From: the human T2T-CHM13v2.0 reference genome, Homo sapiens
NCBI RefSeq assembly: GCF_009914755.1
Contig: NC_060937.1
Strand: one strand, 5' to 3'
DNA: 64,000 nucleotides
In this document: in pieces, positions 14,301-29,716 of the stretch
Layout: every line of letters begins with the position of its first letter
Position numbering within the stretch: position 1 is the stretch's first letter
Program-made: the position numbers and the translations under genes
The notes under the pieces: generated by a model
Told to the model about the DNA's origin: nothing
Seen by the model: the letters and a program-made list of their open reading frames with translations, nothing else
The model's database searches: none

Positions 14301-15358
14301 AAATATATATTATATACTGTACATAAAATACCAAAGTACCCAAAGTATATATTATATACTGTATAAAAAATATCAAAGTAGCCAAAATATGTATTATACA
14401 CTGTACATAATATATGAAAGTACCCAAAGATTTATAATAAACTGTACATAAAATATCAATGTACTCAAACTATATATTATGTGCGGTACTTAAGATATCA
14501 AAGTACCCATACTATATAGTATGTACTGTACTTAAAATATCAAAATACCCAAAATATATATTATATACGTTACATAAACTATCAAATACACAAAGTATGT
14601 ATTACATACTGTACATAAAATAGCAAAGTTCCCAAAATATGTATTATATACTGTACATAAAATATGAAAGTAACCAACCATTTATAATAAACTCTACATA
14701 AAATACCAAAGTACCCAAACTGTGTATTATATACTCTCCATAAAATATCAAAGTACCCAAAATATATATTGTCAACTGTACATAAAATATCAAAGTAGCC
14801 AAAATATATATAGTATACCGTACATAAAATATAAAAGTACCCCAAATATGTATTATATACTGTACATAAAATATCAAAGTACCGATAATACATATTATAT
14901 ACTGTACATAAAATATCGGAGGACCCAAAATAAACATTATATACTGTACATAAAATATCCAAATACTCACAATATATATTACATACTGTACATAAAATAT
15001 CAAAGTACCCAAATTATGTATTATATACTGTACGTAAAATATCGGAGTACCCAAAATATGCATTATATACTGTACATAAAATATGAAAGTAACAAAACAT
15101 TTATAAAAAACTGTACATAAAATATCAAAGTACTCAAACTATATATCATATACTGTACATAAAATATCAAAGTACCCAAACTGTGTATTATTATATACTG
15201 TATATAAAATATCAAAGTACCTGAAATATATACTGTATACTGTACATAAAATATCAAAGTACCCAAAATATATACTATATACTGTACATAAAATATGAAG
15301 GTACATCAAATATATATTATATCCTGTACATAAAATATCAAAGTACACCTATTATATA
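8328..15358 (+). repeat. 4101-bp B/A chimeric unit fused to a B unit through a 377-bp deletion (7031 bp)
   Basis: 7031 = 4101+3307-377. Offset to the paralogous copy shifts from 17,288 to 17,665 at ~12310. Confidence 0.85.
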
Positions 15359-18300
15359 TTGTGTACTGTACATAATATATTAAATCGCCCAAATATATAT
15401 TGTATACTGTATATAAAATATGAAGGTACTTCAAATATATATTATATGCTGCACATAAAATATCAAAGTACCCAAAGTATGCATTACATACTGTACATAA
15501 AATATCAAAGTACACATATTATCTATTATATAATGTACATAAAATATGAAGGTTCATCAAATATATATTATATTCTGTACATAATATATCAAAGTACATC
15601 AAATATATATTATATACTGTACATAAAATATCAAAGTACCAAAAATATGTATTATATACTGTACATAAAACATGAAAGTAACCAAACATTTATAATAAAC
15701 TGTACATAAAATATCAAAGTACTCAATCTACATATTATATACAGTATATAAAATATCAAAGTACACAAACTGTATATTATATACTGTACATAATATATCA
15801 AAGTACCCAGAATATATAGCATACTGTACTTAAAATATCAAAGTACCCAAAATATATATTGTATACTGTACATAAAATATGAAGGTACATCAAAGATATA
15901 TTATATTCTGTACATAAAATATCAAACTACACCAAATATATATTATATGCTGTACATAATATATTAAAGTTGCCCATATATACATTATATACTGTACATA
16001 AAATATGAACGTACATCAAATATACAGTATATGCTGCACATAAAATATCAAAGTACCCAAAGTATGTATTATACACTGTACATAAAATATCAAAGTACCA
16101 AAAGTATATATTACATACTGTAAATAAAATATGAAGGTACCTCAAATATATATTATATTCTGTACATAAAATATCAAAGTACACCAAGTATATACTATAT
16201 ACTCTGCATAAAATATTAAATTACCCAAAATATGTATTGCATTGTGTACATAAAATATGAAAGTAACCAAACATTTATAATAAACTGTACATAAAATATC
16301 AAAGTACTCAAACTGTATATTATATACTGTACATAAAGTATCAAAGTACCCAAACTGTGTAGTATATACTGTACATAAAATATCAAGGTACCCAAAATAT
16401 ATATTGTAAACTGTAGATAAAATATCAAAGTACCCAAAATATATATTATATACTGTACATAAAATATGAAGGCACATCCAATATATACTATATTCTGTAC
16501 ATAAAATATCAAAGTACACCAAATGTATATTATATACTGTACAAAAAATATCAAAGTACCCAAAGTGTATATTATATACTGTACATAAAGTATGAAGATT
16601 CATCAAATATATTTTATATTCTGCACATAATATATCAAAGTACAGCAAATATATATTATATACTGTACATAAAATATCAAAGTACCCAAAATATGTATTA
16701 TATACTGTACATAAAATATGAAAGTAACCAAACATTTATAATAAACTGTACCTAAATTATCAAAGTACTCAAACTACATATTATATACAGTATATAAAAT
16801 GTCAAAGTACCCAAACTGTATATTATATACTGTACATAATATATCAAAGTACCTGAATATATAGCATACTCTACATAAAATATCAAAGTACCCAAAGTGT
16901 GTATTATACACTGCACATAAAATATGAAGGTACATAAAATATATATTGTATTCTGTACATAAAATATCAAAGTACTCCAAATATATATTATATGCTGTAC
17001 ATAATATATTAAAGTCGCCCAAATATATATTATATACTGTACATAAAACATGAAGGTACATCAAATATATATTATATGCTGCACATAAAATATCAAAGTA
17101 CCCAAAGTATGTGTTATATACTGTACATAAAATATCAAAGTACCCAAAGTATATATTATATACTGTACATAAAATATAAAATACCCCAAATATATATTAT
17201 ATGCTGTACATAAAATATCAAAGTACACAAAATATGCATTATGTACTGTACATAAATTATCAAAGGACCCAAAATATATATTATATAATGTACATAAAAT
17301 ATCAAAATACCCAAAATATATATTATATACTGTACATAAAATACCAAAGTACCCAAAGTATATATTATATACTGTATAAAAAATATCAAAGTAGCCAAAA
17401 TATGTATTATACACTGTACATAATATATGAAAGTACCCAAATATTTATAATAAACTGTACATAAAATATCAATGTACTCAAACTATATATTATGTGCGGT
17501 ACTTAAGATATCAAAGTACCCATACTATATAGTATGTACTGTACTTAAAATATCAAAATACCCAAAATATATATTATATACGTTACATAAACTATCAAAT
17601 ACACAAAGTATGTATTACATACTGTACATAAAATAGCAAAGTTCCCAAAATATGTATTATATACTGTACATAAAATATGAAAGTACCCAACCATTTATAA
17701 TAAACTCTACATAAAATACCAAAGTACCCAAACTGTGTATTATATACTCTCCATAAAATATCAAAGTACCCAAAATATATATTGTCAACTGTACATAAAA
17801 TATCAAAGTACTCAATCTACATATTATATACAGTATATAAAATATCAAAGTACACAAACTGTATATTATATACTGTACATAATATATCAAAGTACCCAGA
17901 ATATATAGCATACTGTACTTAAAATATCAAAGTACCCAAAATATATATTGTATACTGTACATAAAATATGAAGGTACATCAAAGATATATTATATTCTGT
18001 ACATAAAATATCAAAGTACACCAAATATATATTATATGCTGTACATAATATATTAAAGTTGCCCATATATACATTATATACTGTACATAAAATATGAACG
18101 TACATCAAATATATAGTATATGCTGCACATAAAATATCAAAGTACCCAAAGTATGTATTATACACTGTACATAAAATATCAAAGTACCAAAAGTATATAT
18201 TACATACTGTAAATAAAATATGAAGGTACCTCAAATATATATTATATTCTGTACATAAAATATCAAAGTACACCAAGTATATACTATATACTCTGCATAA

Positions 18301-20209
18301 AATATTAAATTACCCAAAATATGTATTGCATTGTGTACATAAAATATGAAAGTAACCAAACATTTATAATAAACTGTACATAAAATATCAAAGTACTCAA
18401 ACTGTATATTATATACTGTACATAAAGTATCAAAGTACCCAAACTGTGTAGTATATACTGTACATAAAATATCAAGGTACCCAAAATATATATTGTAAAC
18501 TGTAGATAAAATATCAAAGTACCCAAAATATATATTATATACTGTACATAAAATATGAAGGCACATCCAATATATATTATATTCTGTACATAAAATATCA
18601 AAGTACACCAAATGTATATTATATACTGTACATAAAATATCAAAGTACCCAAAGTGTATATTATATACTGTACATAAACTATGAAGGTTCATCAAATATA
18701 TTTTATATTCTGCACATAATATATCAAAGTACAGCAAATATATATTATATACTGTACATAAAATATCAAAGTACCCAAAATATGTATTATATACTGTACA
18801 TAAAATATGAAAGTAACCAAACATTTATAATAAACTGTACATAAAGTAACAAAGTACTCAAACTACATATTATATACAGTATATAAAATGTCAAATTACC
18901 CAAACTGTATATTATATACTGTACATAATATATCAAAGTACCCGAATATATAGCATACTGTACATAAAATATCAAAGTACCCAAAGTGTGTATTATACAC
19001 TGCACATAAAATATGAAGGTACATAAAATATATATTGTATTCTGTACATAAAATATCAAAGTACTCCAAATATATATTATATGCTGTACATAATATATTA
19101 AAGTCGCCCAAATATATATTATATACTGTACATAAAATATGAAGGTACATCAAATATATATTATATGCTGCACATAAAATATCAAAGTACCCAAAGTATA
19201 TATTATATACCGTACAAAAAATATCAAAGTAGCCAAAATATGTATTATACACTGTACATAATATATGAAAGTACCCAAACATTTATAATAAACTGTACAT
19301 AAAATATCAATGTACTCAAACTATATATTATGTGCGGTACATAAGATATCAAAGTACCCATACTATATAGTATATACTGTACTTAAAATATCAAAATACC
19401 CAAAATATATATTATATACGTTACATAAACTATCAAATACACAAAGTATGTATTATATACTGTACATAAAATAGCAAAGTTCCCAAAATATGTATTATAT
19501 ACTGTACATAAAATATGAAAGTACCCAACCATTTATAATAAACTCTACATAAAATACCAAAGTACCCAAACTGTGTATTATATACTGTCCATAAAATATC
19601 AAAGGACCCAAAATATATATCGTAAACTCTACATAAAATATCAAAGTAGCCAAAATACATATTGTATACTGTACATAAAATATAAAAGTACCCCAAATAT
19701 ATATTATATACTGTACATAAAATATCAAAGTACCCATAATACATATTATATACTGTACATAAAATATCAAAGGACCCAAAACAAACATTATATACTGTAC
19801 ATAAAATATCCAAATACTCAAAATATATATTACATACTGTACATAAAATATCAAAGTACCCAAATTATGTACTATATACTGTATGTAAAATATCAGAGTA
19901 CCCAAAATATGCATTATATACTGTACATAAAATATGAAAGTAACAAAACATTTATAATAAACTGTACATAAAATATCAAAGTACTCAAACTATATATCAT
20001 ATACTGTACATAAAATATCAAAGTACCCAAACTGTGTATTATTATATACTGTATATAAAATATCAAAGTACCTGAAATATATATTGTATACTGTACATAA
20101 AATATCAAAGTACCCAAAATATATACTATATACTGTACATAAAATATGAAGGTACATCAAATATATATTATATCCTGTACATAAAATAACAAAGTACACC
20201 TATTATATA
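15359..20209 (+). repeat. Mosaic HOR unit (4851 bp): A front, B tail, 924-bp deletion, A, 251-bp deletion
   Basis: 4851 = 3013+3013-924-251. Deletion junctions at ~17804 and ~19190 are identical to those elsewhere in the window. Confidence 0.85.
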
Positions 20210-23200
20210 TTGTGTACTGTACATAATATATTAAATCGCCCAAATATATATTGTATACTGTATATAAAATATGAAGGTACTTCAAATATATATTATATGC
20301 TGCACATAAAATATCAAAGTACCCAAGGTATGCATTACATACTGTACATAAAATATCAAAGTACACAAATTATATATTATATACTGTACATAAAATATGT
20401 AGGTTCATCAAATATATTTTATATTCTGTACATAATATATCAAAGTACATCAAATATATATTATATACGGTACATAAAATATCAAATTACCCAAAATATA
20501 TATTATTTACTGTACATAAAATATGAAAGTAACCAAACATTTATAATAAACTGTACATAAATTATCAAAGTACTCAATCTACATATTATATACAGTATAT
20601 AAAATATCAAAGTACACAAACTGTATATTATATACTGTACATAATATGTCAAAGTACCCAGAATATATAGCATACTGTACATACAATATCAAAGTACCCA
20701 AAATATATATTGTATACTGTACATAAAATATGAAGGTACATCAAAGATATATTATATTCTGTACATAAAATATCAAAGTACACCAAATATATATTATATG
20801 CTGTACATAATATATTAAAGTTGCCCATGTATACATTTTATACTGTACATAAAATATGAAGGTACATCAAATATATAGTATATGCTGCACATAAAATATC
20901 AAAGTACCCAAAGTATGTATTATATACTGTACATAAAATATCAAAGTACCAAAAGTATATATTACCTACTGTAAATAAAATGTGAAGATACCTCAAATAT
21001 ATATTATATTCTGTACATGAAATATCAAAGTACACCAAGTATATACTATATACTCTACATAAAATATTAAATTACCCAAAATATGTATTGTATTGTGTAC
21101 ATAAAATATGAAAATAACCAAACATTTATAATAAACTGTACATAAAATATCAAAGTACTCAAACTTTATATTATATACTGTACATAAAGTATCAAAGTAC
21201 CCAAACTGTGTAGTATATACTGTACATAAAATATCAAGGTACCCAAAATGTATATTGTAAACTGTAGATAAAATATCAAAGTACCCAAAATATATATTAT
21301 ATACTGTACATAAAATATGAAGGCACATCCAATATATATTATATTCTGTACATAAAATATCAAAGTACACCAAATGTATATTATATACTGTACATAAAAT
21401 ATAAAACTACCCCAAATATATATTATATACTCTACATAAAATATCAAAGTACCCAAAATATATATTATATACTGTACATAATATATCAAAGTACCCATAG
21501 TATGTATTATATCCTGTACATAAAATATGAAAGTACGTCAAATATATATTCTATTCTGCACATAAAATATCATATTGCACCAAATATATATTGTATACTG
21601 TATATAAAATATGAAGGTACTTCAAATATATATTATATGCTGCACATAAAATATCAAAGTACCCAAAGTATGCATTATATACTGTACATAAAATATCAAA
21701 GTACCCAAAGTGTATATTATATACTGTACATAAAATATGAAGGTTCATCAAATATATTTTATATTCTGCACATAATATATCAAAGTACAGCAAATATATA
21801 TTACATACTGTACATAAAATAACAAAGTAACAAAAATATGTATTATATACTGTACATAAAATATGAAAGTAACCAAATATTTATAATAAACTGTATATAA
21901 AATATCAAAGTACTCAAACTACATATTATATACAGTATATAAAATATCAAAGTACCCAAACTATATATTATATACTGTACATACTATATCAAAGTACCCG
22001 AATATAGAGCATACTGTACATAAAATATCAAATTACCCAAAATATATATTGTATACTGTACATAAAATATGAAGGTACATCAAAGATATATTATATTCTG
22101 TACATAAAATATCAAAGTACACCAGATATATATTATATGCTGTACAGAATATATTAAAGTCGACCAAATGTATACTATATACTGTACATAAAATATGAAG
22201 GTACATCAAATATATATTATATGCTGCACATAAAATATCAAAGTACCCAAAGTATGTGTTATATACTGTACATAAAATATCAAAGTACCCAAAGTATATA
22301 TTATATACTGTACATAAAATATAAAATACCCCAAATACATATTATATGCTGTACATAAAATATCAAAGTACACAAAATATGCATTATGTACTGTACATAA
22401 ATTATCAAAGGACCCAAAATATATATTATATAATGTACATAAAATATCAAAATACCCAAAATATATATTATATACTGTACATAAAATACCAAAGTACCCA
22501 AAGTATATATTATATACTGTATAAAAAATATCAAAGTAGCCAAAATATGTATTATACACTGTACATAATATATGAAAGTACCCAAATATTTATAATAAAC
22601 TGTACATAAAATATCAATGTACTCAAACTATATATTATGTGCGGTACTTAAGATATCAAAGTACCCATACTATATAGTATGTACTGTACTTAAAATATCA
22701 AAATACCCAAAATATATATTATATACGTTACATAAACTATCAAATACACAAAGTATGTATTACATACTGTACATAAAATAGCAAAGTTCCCAAAATATGT
22801 ATTATATACTGTACATAAAATATGAAAGTACCCAACCATTTATAATAAACTCTACATAAAATACCAAAGTACCCAAACTGTGTATTATATACTCTCCATA
22901 AAATATCAAAGTACCCAAAATATATATTGTCAACTGTACATAAAATATCAAAGTACTCAATCTACATATTATATACAGTATATAAAATATCAAAGTACAC
23001 AAACTGTATATTATATACTGTACATAATATATCAAAGTACCCAGAATATATAGCATACTGTACTTAAAATATCAAAGTACCCAAAATATATATTGTATAC
23101 TGTACATAAAATATGAAGGTACATCAAAGATATATTATATTCTGTACATAAAATATCAAAGTACACCAAATATATATTATATGCTGTACATAATATATTA

Positions 23201-25615
23201 AAGTTGCCCATATATACATTATATACTGTACATAAAATATGAACGTACATCAAATATATAGTATATGCTGCACATAAAATATCAAAGTACCCAAAGTATG
23301 TATTATACACTGTACATAAAATATCAAAGTACCAAAAGTATATATTACATACTGTAAATAAAATATGAAGGTACCTCAAATATATATTATATTCTGTACA
23401 TAAAATATCAAAGTACACCAAGTATATACTATATACTCTGCATAAAATATTAAATTACCCAAAATATGTATTGCATTGTGTACATAAAATATGAAAGTAA
23501 CCAAACATTTATAATAAACTGTACATAAAATATCAAAGTACTCAAACTGTATATTATATACTGTACATAAAGTATCAAAGTACCCAAACTGTGTAGTATA
23601 TACTGTACATAAAATATCAAGGTACCCAAAATATATATTGTAAACTGTAGATAAAATATAAAAGTACCCAAAATATATATTATATACTGTACATAAAATA
23701 TGAAGGCACATCCAATATATATTATATTCTGTACATAAAATATCAAAGTACACCAAATGTATATTATATACTGTACATAAAATATCAAAGTACCCAAAGT
23801 GTATATTATATACTGTACATAAACTATGAAGGTTCATCAAATATATTTTATATTCTGCACATAATATATCAAAGTACAGCAAATATATATTATATACTGT
23901 ACATAAAATATCAAAGTACCCAAAATATGTATTATATACTGTACATAAAATATGAAAGTAACCAAACATTTATAATAAACTGTACATAAAGTATCAAAGT
24001 ACTCAAACTACATATTATATACAGTATATAAAATGTCAAAGTACCCAAACTGTATATTATATACTGTACATAATATATCAAAGTACCCGAATATATAGCA
24101 TACTGTACATAAAATATCAAAGTACCCAAAGTGTGTATTATACACTGCACATAAAATATGAAGGTACATAAAATATATATTGTATTCTGTACATAAAATA
24201 TCAAAGTACTCCAAATATATATTATATGCTGTACATAATATATTAAAGTCGCCCAAATATATATTATATACTGTACATAAAATATGAAGGTACATCAAAT
24301 ATATATTATATGCTGCACATAAAATATCAAAGTACCCAAAGTATGTGTTATATACTGTACATAAAATATCAAAGTACCCAAAGTATATATTATATACTGT
24401 ACATAAAATATAAAATACCCCAAATATATATTATATGCTGTACATAAAATATCAAAGTACACAAAATATGTATTATATACTGTACATAAAATACCAAAGG
24501 ACCCAAAATATATATTATATACTGTACATAAAATATCAAAATACCCAAAATATATATTATATACTGTACATAAAATACCAAAGTACCCAAAGTATATATT
24601 ATATACCGTACAAAAAATATCAAAGTAGCCAAAATATGTATTATACACTGTACATAATATATGAAAGTACCCAAACATTTATAATAAACTGTACATAAAA
24701 TATCAATGTACTCAAACTATATATTATGTGCGGTACATAAGATATCAAATTACCCATACTATATAGTATATACTGTACTTAAAATATCAAAATACCCAAA
24801 ATATATATTATATACGTTACATAAACTATCAAATACACAAAGTATGTATTATATACTGTACATAAAATAGCAAAGTTCCCAAAATATGTATTATATATAT
24901 TATAAATATGTACATAAAATATGAAAGTACCCAACCATTTATAATAAACTCTACATAAAACACCAAAGTACCCAAACTGTGTTTTATATACTGTCCATAA
25001 AATATCAAAGTACCCAAAATATATATTGTAAACTCTACATAAAATATCAAAGTAGCCAAAATACATATTGTATACTGTACATAAAATATAAAAGTACCCC
25101 AAATATATATTATATACTGTACATAAAATATCAAAGTACCCATAATACATATTATATACTGTACATAAAATATCAAAGGACCCAAAATAAACATTATATA
25201 CTGTACATAAAATATCCAAATACTCAAAATATATATTACATACTGTACATAAAATATCAAAGTACCCAAATTATGTATTATATACTGTACGTAAAATATC
25301 AGAGTACCCAAAATATGCATTATATACTGTACATAAAATATGAAAGTAACAAAACATTTATAATAAACTGTACATAAAATATCAAAGTACTCAAACTATA
25401 TATCATATACTGTACATAAAATATCAAAGTACCCAAACTGTGTATTATTATATACTGTATATAAAATATCAAAGTACCTGAAATATATATTGTATACTGT
25501 ACATAAAATATCAAAGTACACAAAATATATACTATATACTGTACATAAAATATGAAGGTACATCAAATATATATTATATCCTGTACATAAAATATCAAAG
25601 TACACCTATTATATA
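20210..25615 (+). repeat. Fused B+A' HOR with 924-bp deletion (5406 bp), copy 2
   Basis: ORF track repeats 2922-8327 at constant offset 17,288. Junction at ~22949. Confidence 0.88.
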
Positions 25616-28600
25616 TTGTTTACTGTACATAATATATTAAATCGCCCAAATATATATTGTATACTGTATATAAAATATGAAGGTACTTCAAATATATATT
25701 ATAAGCTGCACATAAAATATCAAAGTACCCAAGGTATGCATTACATACTGTACATAAAATATCAAAGTACACAAATTATATATTATATACTGTACATAAA
25801 ATATGTAGGTTCATCAAATATATTTTATATTCTGTACATAATATATCAAAGTACATCAAATATATATTATATACGGTACATAAAATATCAAATTACCCAA
25901 AATATGCATTATTTACTGTACATAAAATATGAAAGTAACCAAACATTTATAATAAACTGTACATAAATTATCAAAGTACTCAATCTACATATTATATACA
26001 GTATATAAAATATCAAAGTACACAAACTGTATATTATATACTGTACATAATATGTCAAAGTACCCAGAATATATAGCATACTGTACATACAATATCAAAG
26101 TACCCAGAATGTATATTCTATACTGTACATAAAATATGATGGTACATCAAAGATATATTATATTCTGTACATAAAATATCAAAGTACACCAAATATATAT
26201 TATATGCTGTACATAATATATTAAAGTTGCCCATGTATACATTTTATACTGTACATAAAATATGAAGGTACATCAAATATATACTATATGCTGCACATAA
26301 AATATCAAAGTATCCAAAGTATGTATTATATACTGTACATAAAATATCAAAGTACCAAAAGTATATATTACCTACTGTAAATAAAATATGAAGGTACCTC
26401 AAATATATATTATATTCTGTACATGAAATATCAAAGTACACCAAGTATATACTATATACTCTACATAAAATATTAAATTACCCAAAATATGTATTGTATT
26501 GTGTACATAAATTATGAAAGTAACCAAACATTTATAATAAACTGTACATAAAATATCAAAGTACTCAAACATTATATTATATACTGTACATAAAGTATCA
26601 AAGTACCCAAACTGTGTAGTATATACTGTACATAAAATATCAAGGTACCCAAAATGTATATTGTAAACTGTAGATAAAATATCAAAGTACCCAAAATATA
26701 TATTATATACTGTACATAAAATATGAAGGCACATCCAATATATATTATATTCTGTACATAAAATATCAAAGTACACCAAATGTATATTATATACTGTACA
26801 TAAAATAAAAAACTACCCCAAATATATATTATATACTCTACATAAAATATCAAAGTACCCAAAATATATATTATACACTGTACATAAAATATCAAAGTAC
26901 CCATAGTATGTATTATATCCTGTACATAAAATATGAAGGTACATCAAATATATATTCTATTCTGCACATAAAATATCATATTGCACCAAATATATATTGT
27001 ATACTGTATATAAAATATGAAGGTACTTCAAATATATATTATATGCTGCACATAAAATATCAAAGTACCCAAAGTATGCATTACATACTGTACATAAAAT
27101 ATCAAAGTACCCAAAGTGTATATTATATACTGTACATAAAATATGAAGGTTCATCAAATATATTTTATATTCTGCACATAATATATCAAAGTACAGCAAA
27201 TATATATTATATACTGTACATAAAATAACAAAGTACCAAAAATATGTATTATATACTGTACATAAAATATGAAAGTAACAAAATATTTATAATAAACTGT
27301 ATATAAAATATCAAAGTACTCAAACTACATATTATATACAGTATATAAAATATCAAAATACCCAAACTGTATATTATATACTGTACATACTATATCAAAG
27401 TACCCGAATATATAGCATACTGTACATAAAATATCAAAGTACCCAAAATATATATTGTATACTGTACATAAAATATGAAGGTACATCTAAGATATATTAT
27501 ATTCTGTACATAAAATATCAAATTACACCAAATATATATTATATGCTGTACATAATATATTAAAGTCGACCAAATATATATTATATACTGTACATAAAAT
27601 ATGAAGATACATCAAATATATATTATATGCTGCACATAAAATATCAAAGTACCCAAAGTATGTATTATACACTGTACATAAAATATCAAAGTACCAAAAG
27701 TATATATTACATACTGTAAATAAAATATGAAGGTACCTCAAATATATATTATATTCTGTACATAAAATGTCAAAGTACACCAAGTATATACTATATACTC
27801 TGCATAAAATATTAAATTACCCAAAATATGTATTGTATTGTGTACATAAAATATGAAAGTAACCAAACATTTATAATAAACTGTACATAAAATATCAAAG
27901 TACTCAAACTGTATATTATATACTGTACATAAAGTATCAAAGTACCCAAACTGTGTAGTATATACTGTACATAAAATATCAAGGTACCCAAAATATATAT
28001 TGTAAACTGTAGATAAAATATCAAAATACCCAAACTATATATTATATACTGTACATAAAATATGAAGGCACATCAAATATATATTATATTCTGTACATGA
28101 AATATCAAAGTACACCAAATGTATATTATATACTGTACATAAAATATCAAAGTACCCAAAGTGTATATTATATACTGTACATAAAATATGAAGGTTCATC
28201 AAATATATTTTATATTCTGCACATAATATATCAAAGTACAGCAAATATATATTATATACTGTACATAAAATATCAAAGTACCCAAAATATGTATTATATA
28301 CTGTACATAAAATATGAAAGTAACCAAACATTTATAATAAACTGTACATAAAGTAACAAAGTACTCAAACTACATATTATATACAGTATATAAAATGCCA
28401 AAGTACCCAAACTGTATATTATATACTGTACATAATATATCAAAGTACCCGAATATATAGCATACTGTACATAAAATATCAAAGTACCCAAAGTGTGTAT
28501 TATACACTGCACATAAAATATGAAGGTACATAAAATATATATTGTATTCTGTATATAAAATATCAAAGTACTCCAAATATATATTATATGCTGTACATAA

Positions 28601-29716
28601 TATATTAAAGTCGCCCAAATATATATTATATACTGTACATAAAATATGAAGGTACATCAAATATATATTATATGCTGCACATAAAATATCAAAGTACCCA
28701 AAGTATATATTATATACCGTACAAAAAATATCAAAGTAGCCAAAATATGTATTATACACTGTACATAATATATGAAAGTACCCAAACATTTATAATAAAC
28801 TGTACATAAAATATCAATGTACTCAAACTATATATTATGTGCGCTACATAAGATATCAAAGTACCCATACTATATAGTATATACTGTACTTAAAATATCA
28901 AAATACCCAAAATATATATTATATACGTTACATAAACTATCAAATACACAAAGTATGTATCATATACTGTACATAAAATAGCAAAGTTCCCAAAATATGT
29001 ATTATATACTGTACATAAAATATGAAAGTACCCAACCATTTATAATAAAGTCTACATAAAATACCAAAGTACCCAAACTGTGTATTATATACTGTCCATA
29101 AAATATCAAAGGACCCAAAATATATATCGTAAACTCTACATAAAATATCAAAGTAGCCAAAATACATATTGTATACTGTACATAAAATATAAAAGTACCC
29201 CAAATATATATTATATACTGTACATAAAATATCAAAGTACCCATAATACATATTATATACTGTACATAAAATATCAAAGGACCCAAAATAAACATTATAT
29301 ACTGTACATAAAATATCCAAATACTCAAAATATATATTACATACTGTACATAAAATATCAAAGTACCCAAATTATGTATTATATACTGTACGTAAAATAT
29401 CAGAGTACCCAAAATATGCATTATATACTGTACATAAAATATGAAAGTAACAAAACATTTATAATAAACTGTACATAAAATATCAAAGTACTCAAACTAT
29501 ATATCATATACTGTACATAAAATATCAAAGTACCCAAACTGTGTATTATTACATACTGTATATAAAATATCAAAGTACCTGAAATATATATTTTATACTG
29601 TACATAAAATATCAAAGTACCCAAAATATATACTATATACTGTACATAAAATATGAAGGTACATCAAATATATATTATATCCTGTACATAAAATATCAAA
29701 GTACTCCTATTATATA
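25616..29716 (+). repeat. B/A chimeric HOR with 251-bp deletion (4101 bp)
   Basis: Marker spacing 4101. B-type front switches to A-type near 27400-27650; 251-bp deletion junction at ~28693. Confidence 0.85.
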
